Below, piece by piece: positions 62,887 to 64,000 of a stretch of DNA of 64,000 bases. Both the position numbers and the translations under genes were made by a program. The DNA is from an uncultured Gammaproteobacteria bacterium (lineage in GTDB: Bacteria; Pseudomonadota; Gammaproteobacteria; UBA9214), in contig CAVVHS010000009.1 in assembly GCA_963748215.1 (NCBI GenBank), positions 1 through 64,000 of the forward strand, read 5' to 3'. The stretch's first letter is position 1, and the number at the start of each line of letters is the position of its first letter. Below the pieces are notes generated by a model. It ran no database searches and was not told where the DNA came from. It saw only the letters and a list, made by a program, of their open reading frames with translations.

Positions 62887-63711
62887 ATGCTGCGCGGGGT
62901 AACAGACAGGGTGCATGGAATACACCCTGCCCGGCGTACGGGTAGGGTGCACTTCGTGCACCATGACACGGTGCGTGAAACGTACCCTATGGATTCCACC
63001 TCTGCGGTGGGATCGTCGAGTAGGGTGCACTCCGTGCACCGTTGTATGGTGCGTGAAACGCACCCTATGGATTCCACCTCTGCGGTGGGATCGTCGGGTA
63101 GGGTGCACTCCGTGCCCCATTGCACGGTGCGTGAAACGCACCCTACACAATCTGCCACTGCGGTGGAATCTTCGGGTAGGGTGCACTCCGTGCACCGTTG
63201 TATGGTGCGTGAAACGCACCCTGCGGATTCTGCCTCTGCGGTGGGATCGTCGAGTAGGGTGCACTCCGTGCACCGTTGCGCACCGTGGATCAGGCGCATG
63301 GCCGGTCTGAGCTACATCGAGGTCCTGATCGCCACGGCCCTGATCGCCATCACCCTGGTACCGGCCATCGAGGCCCTGACGCCCGCCCTGCAGGGTGCGG
63401 CCATCCATGAATCAAGCACTGTCCAGCAGTTCCACCTGGCCGCCCGGCTGGAAGCGCTGCTGGCCGAACCGTTCGCGGCACTGGACGCGGAGGCCGTGGC
63501 CATCAACAACCCGAACGTGGCCAGCACCGTCTATTCGGATACGGTCGGCGCAACCAATCGCCGCCTGGTCTACCTGTCACGCTACGACGCCGACAATGCC
63601 GATGGCGACAATGACTTTTTCACCGGCACGGACGCGGGCCTGATCTGGATAAGGGTCGAACTCACAGGGACGGCGCGGGCCATCGAAGGCCTGACCAGTG
63701 CCTATGAATAG
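62887..63711 (+). CDS. minor pilin (PilV/MshD-like); REP-encoded N-terminal extension, alternative start 63298
   Basis: AG|LSYIEVLIA after ~137 codons of open, largely repeat-derived sequence. Confidence 0.75.
   Translation: MLRGVTDRVHGIHPARRTGRVHFVHHDTVRETYPMDSTSAVGSSSRVHSVHRCMVRETHPMDSTSAVGSSGRVHSVPHCTVRETHPTQSATAVESSGRVHSVHRCMVRETHPADSASAVGSSSRVHSVHRCAPWIRRMAGLSYIEVLIATALIAITLVPAIEALTPALQGAAIHESSTVQQFHLAARLEALLAEPFAALDAEAVAINNPNVASTVYSDTVGATNRRLVYLSRYDADNADGDNDFFTGTDAGLIWIRVELTGTARAIEGLTSAYE
62908..63274. repeat. GTAG REP array 4 (78-bp period)
   Basis: GTAG at 62942, 63020, 63098, 63176, 63254. Confidence 0.93.
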
Positions 63712-63726
63712 GACGGATCATCATGC

Positions 63727-64000
63727 GGTGCGTGAAACGCACCCTACGGATTCGGGGCGCGGTGGGGAAACGTCGCGTAACACGGTGCGTGAACGCACCT
63801 ACCCATTCTGCATCCGCACTGGAATCGTTGGGCAGGGTGCACTCCGTGCACCATTGCGCGGTGCGTAAAACGCACCCTGCGGAATCTGCCGCCGCGCTGG
63901 AATCATCGGGTAGGGTGCACTCCGTGCACCATGGCGCGGTGCGTAAAACGCACCCTACGGATTCTGCCTCCGCGGTGGAATCATCAGGTAGGGTGCACTC
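63727..64000. repeat. GTAG REP array 5 (78-bp period, runs off the window)
   Basis: same unit type as array 4. Confidence 0.9.

Noticed and set aside
62481-63408. Minus-strand repeat ORFs (CTECTL.. / VHGVHPT..)
   Set aside because: Alternative readings of the REP array, antisense to the pilin operon and lacking RBS or domain support.
60694-64000. Regularly spaced repeats as a CRISPR array
   Set aside because: Units are inverted GTAG hairpin pairs with near-identical linkers, there are no cas genes, and a RAYT is adjacent. These are REP/BIME arrays.

Overview
GC-rich gammaproteobacterial chromosome segment. Several single-base indels in essential genes suggest a draft or metagenome assembly. 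The first ~50 kb is housekeeping (rsmA, pdxA-surA-lptD, amgK, nhaA, hemH-murU, lipA-lipB-ybeD, dgkA, msrA, glutaredoxin) interleaved with accessory genes (CDF and RND transporters, MerB-like, GST, GCS2-like ligase plus M14 peptidase, CarS-like, K+ channel). It also holds three copies of a CTAG-bounded MITE, each at a TAG stop codon between convergent genes, a duplicated rsmA 5' end and a ppk1 3' remnant. The last 13 kb is the most interesting part. It is an MSHA/T2SS-like pilus locus co-oriented with its own signalling module (His kinase, response regulator, GAF-degenerate GGDEF-EAL, STAS-MshEN-ATPase fusion, PilC/GspF), with a consensus sigma28-type promoter before the major pilin. A RAYT transposase, a low-GC PEP-CTERM-type gene and GTAG REP arrays have invaded it. 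One 78-bp (26-codon) REP array is in frame with a prepilin, upstream of its cleavage site, and a second open array starts right after that gene. All product calls come from motif recognition, not database searches.
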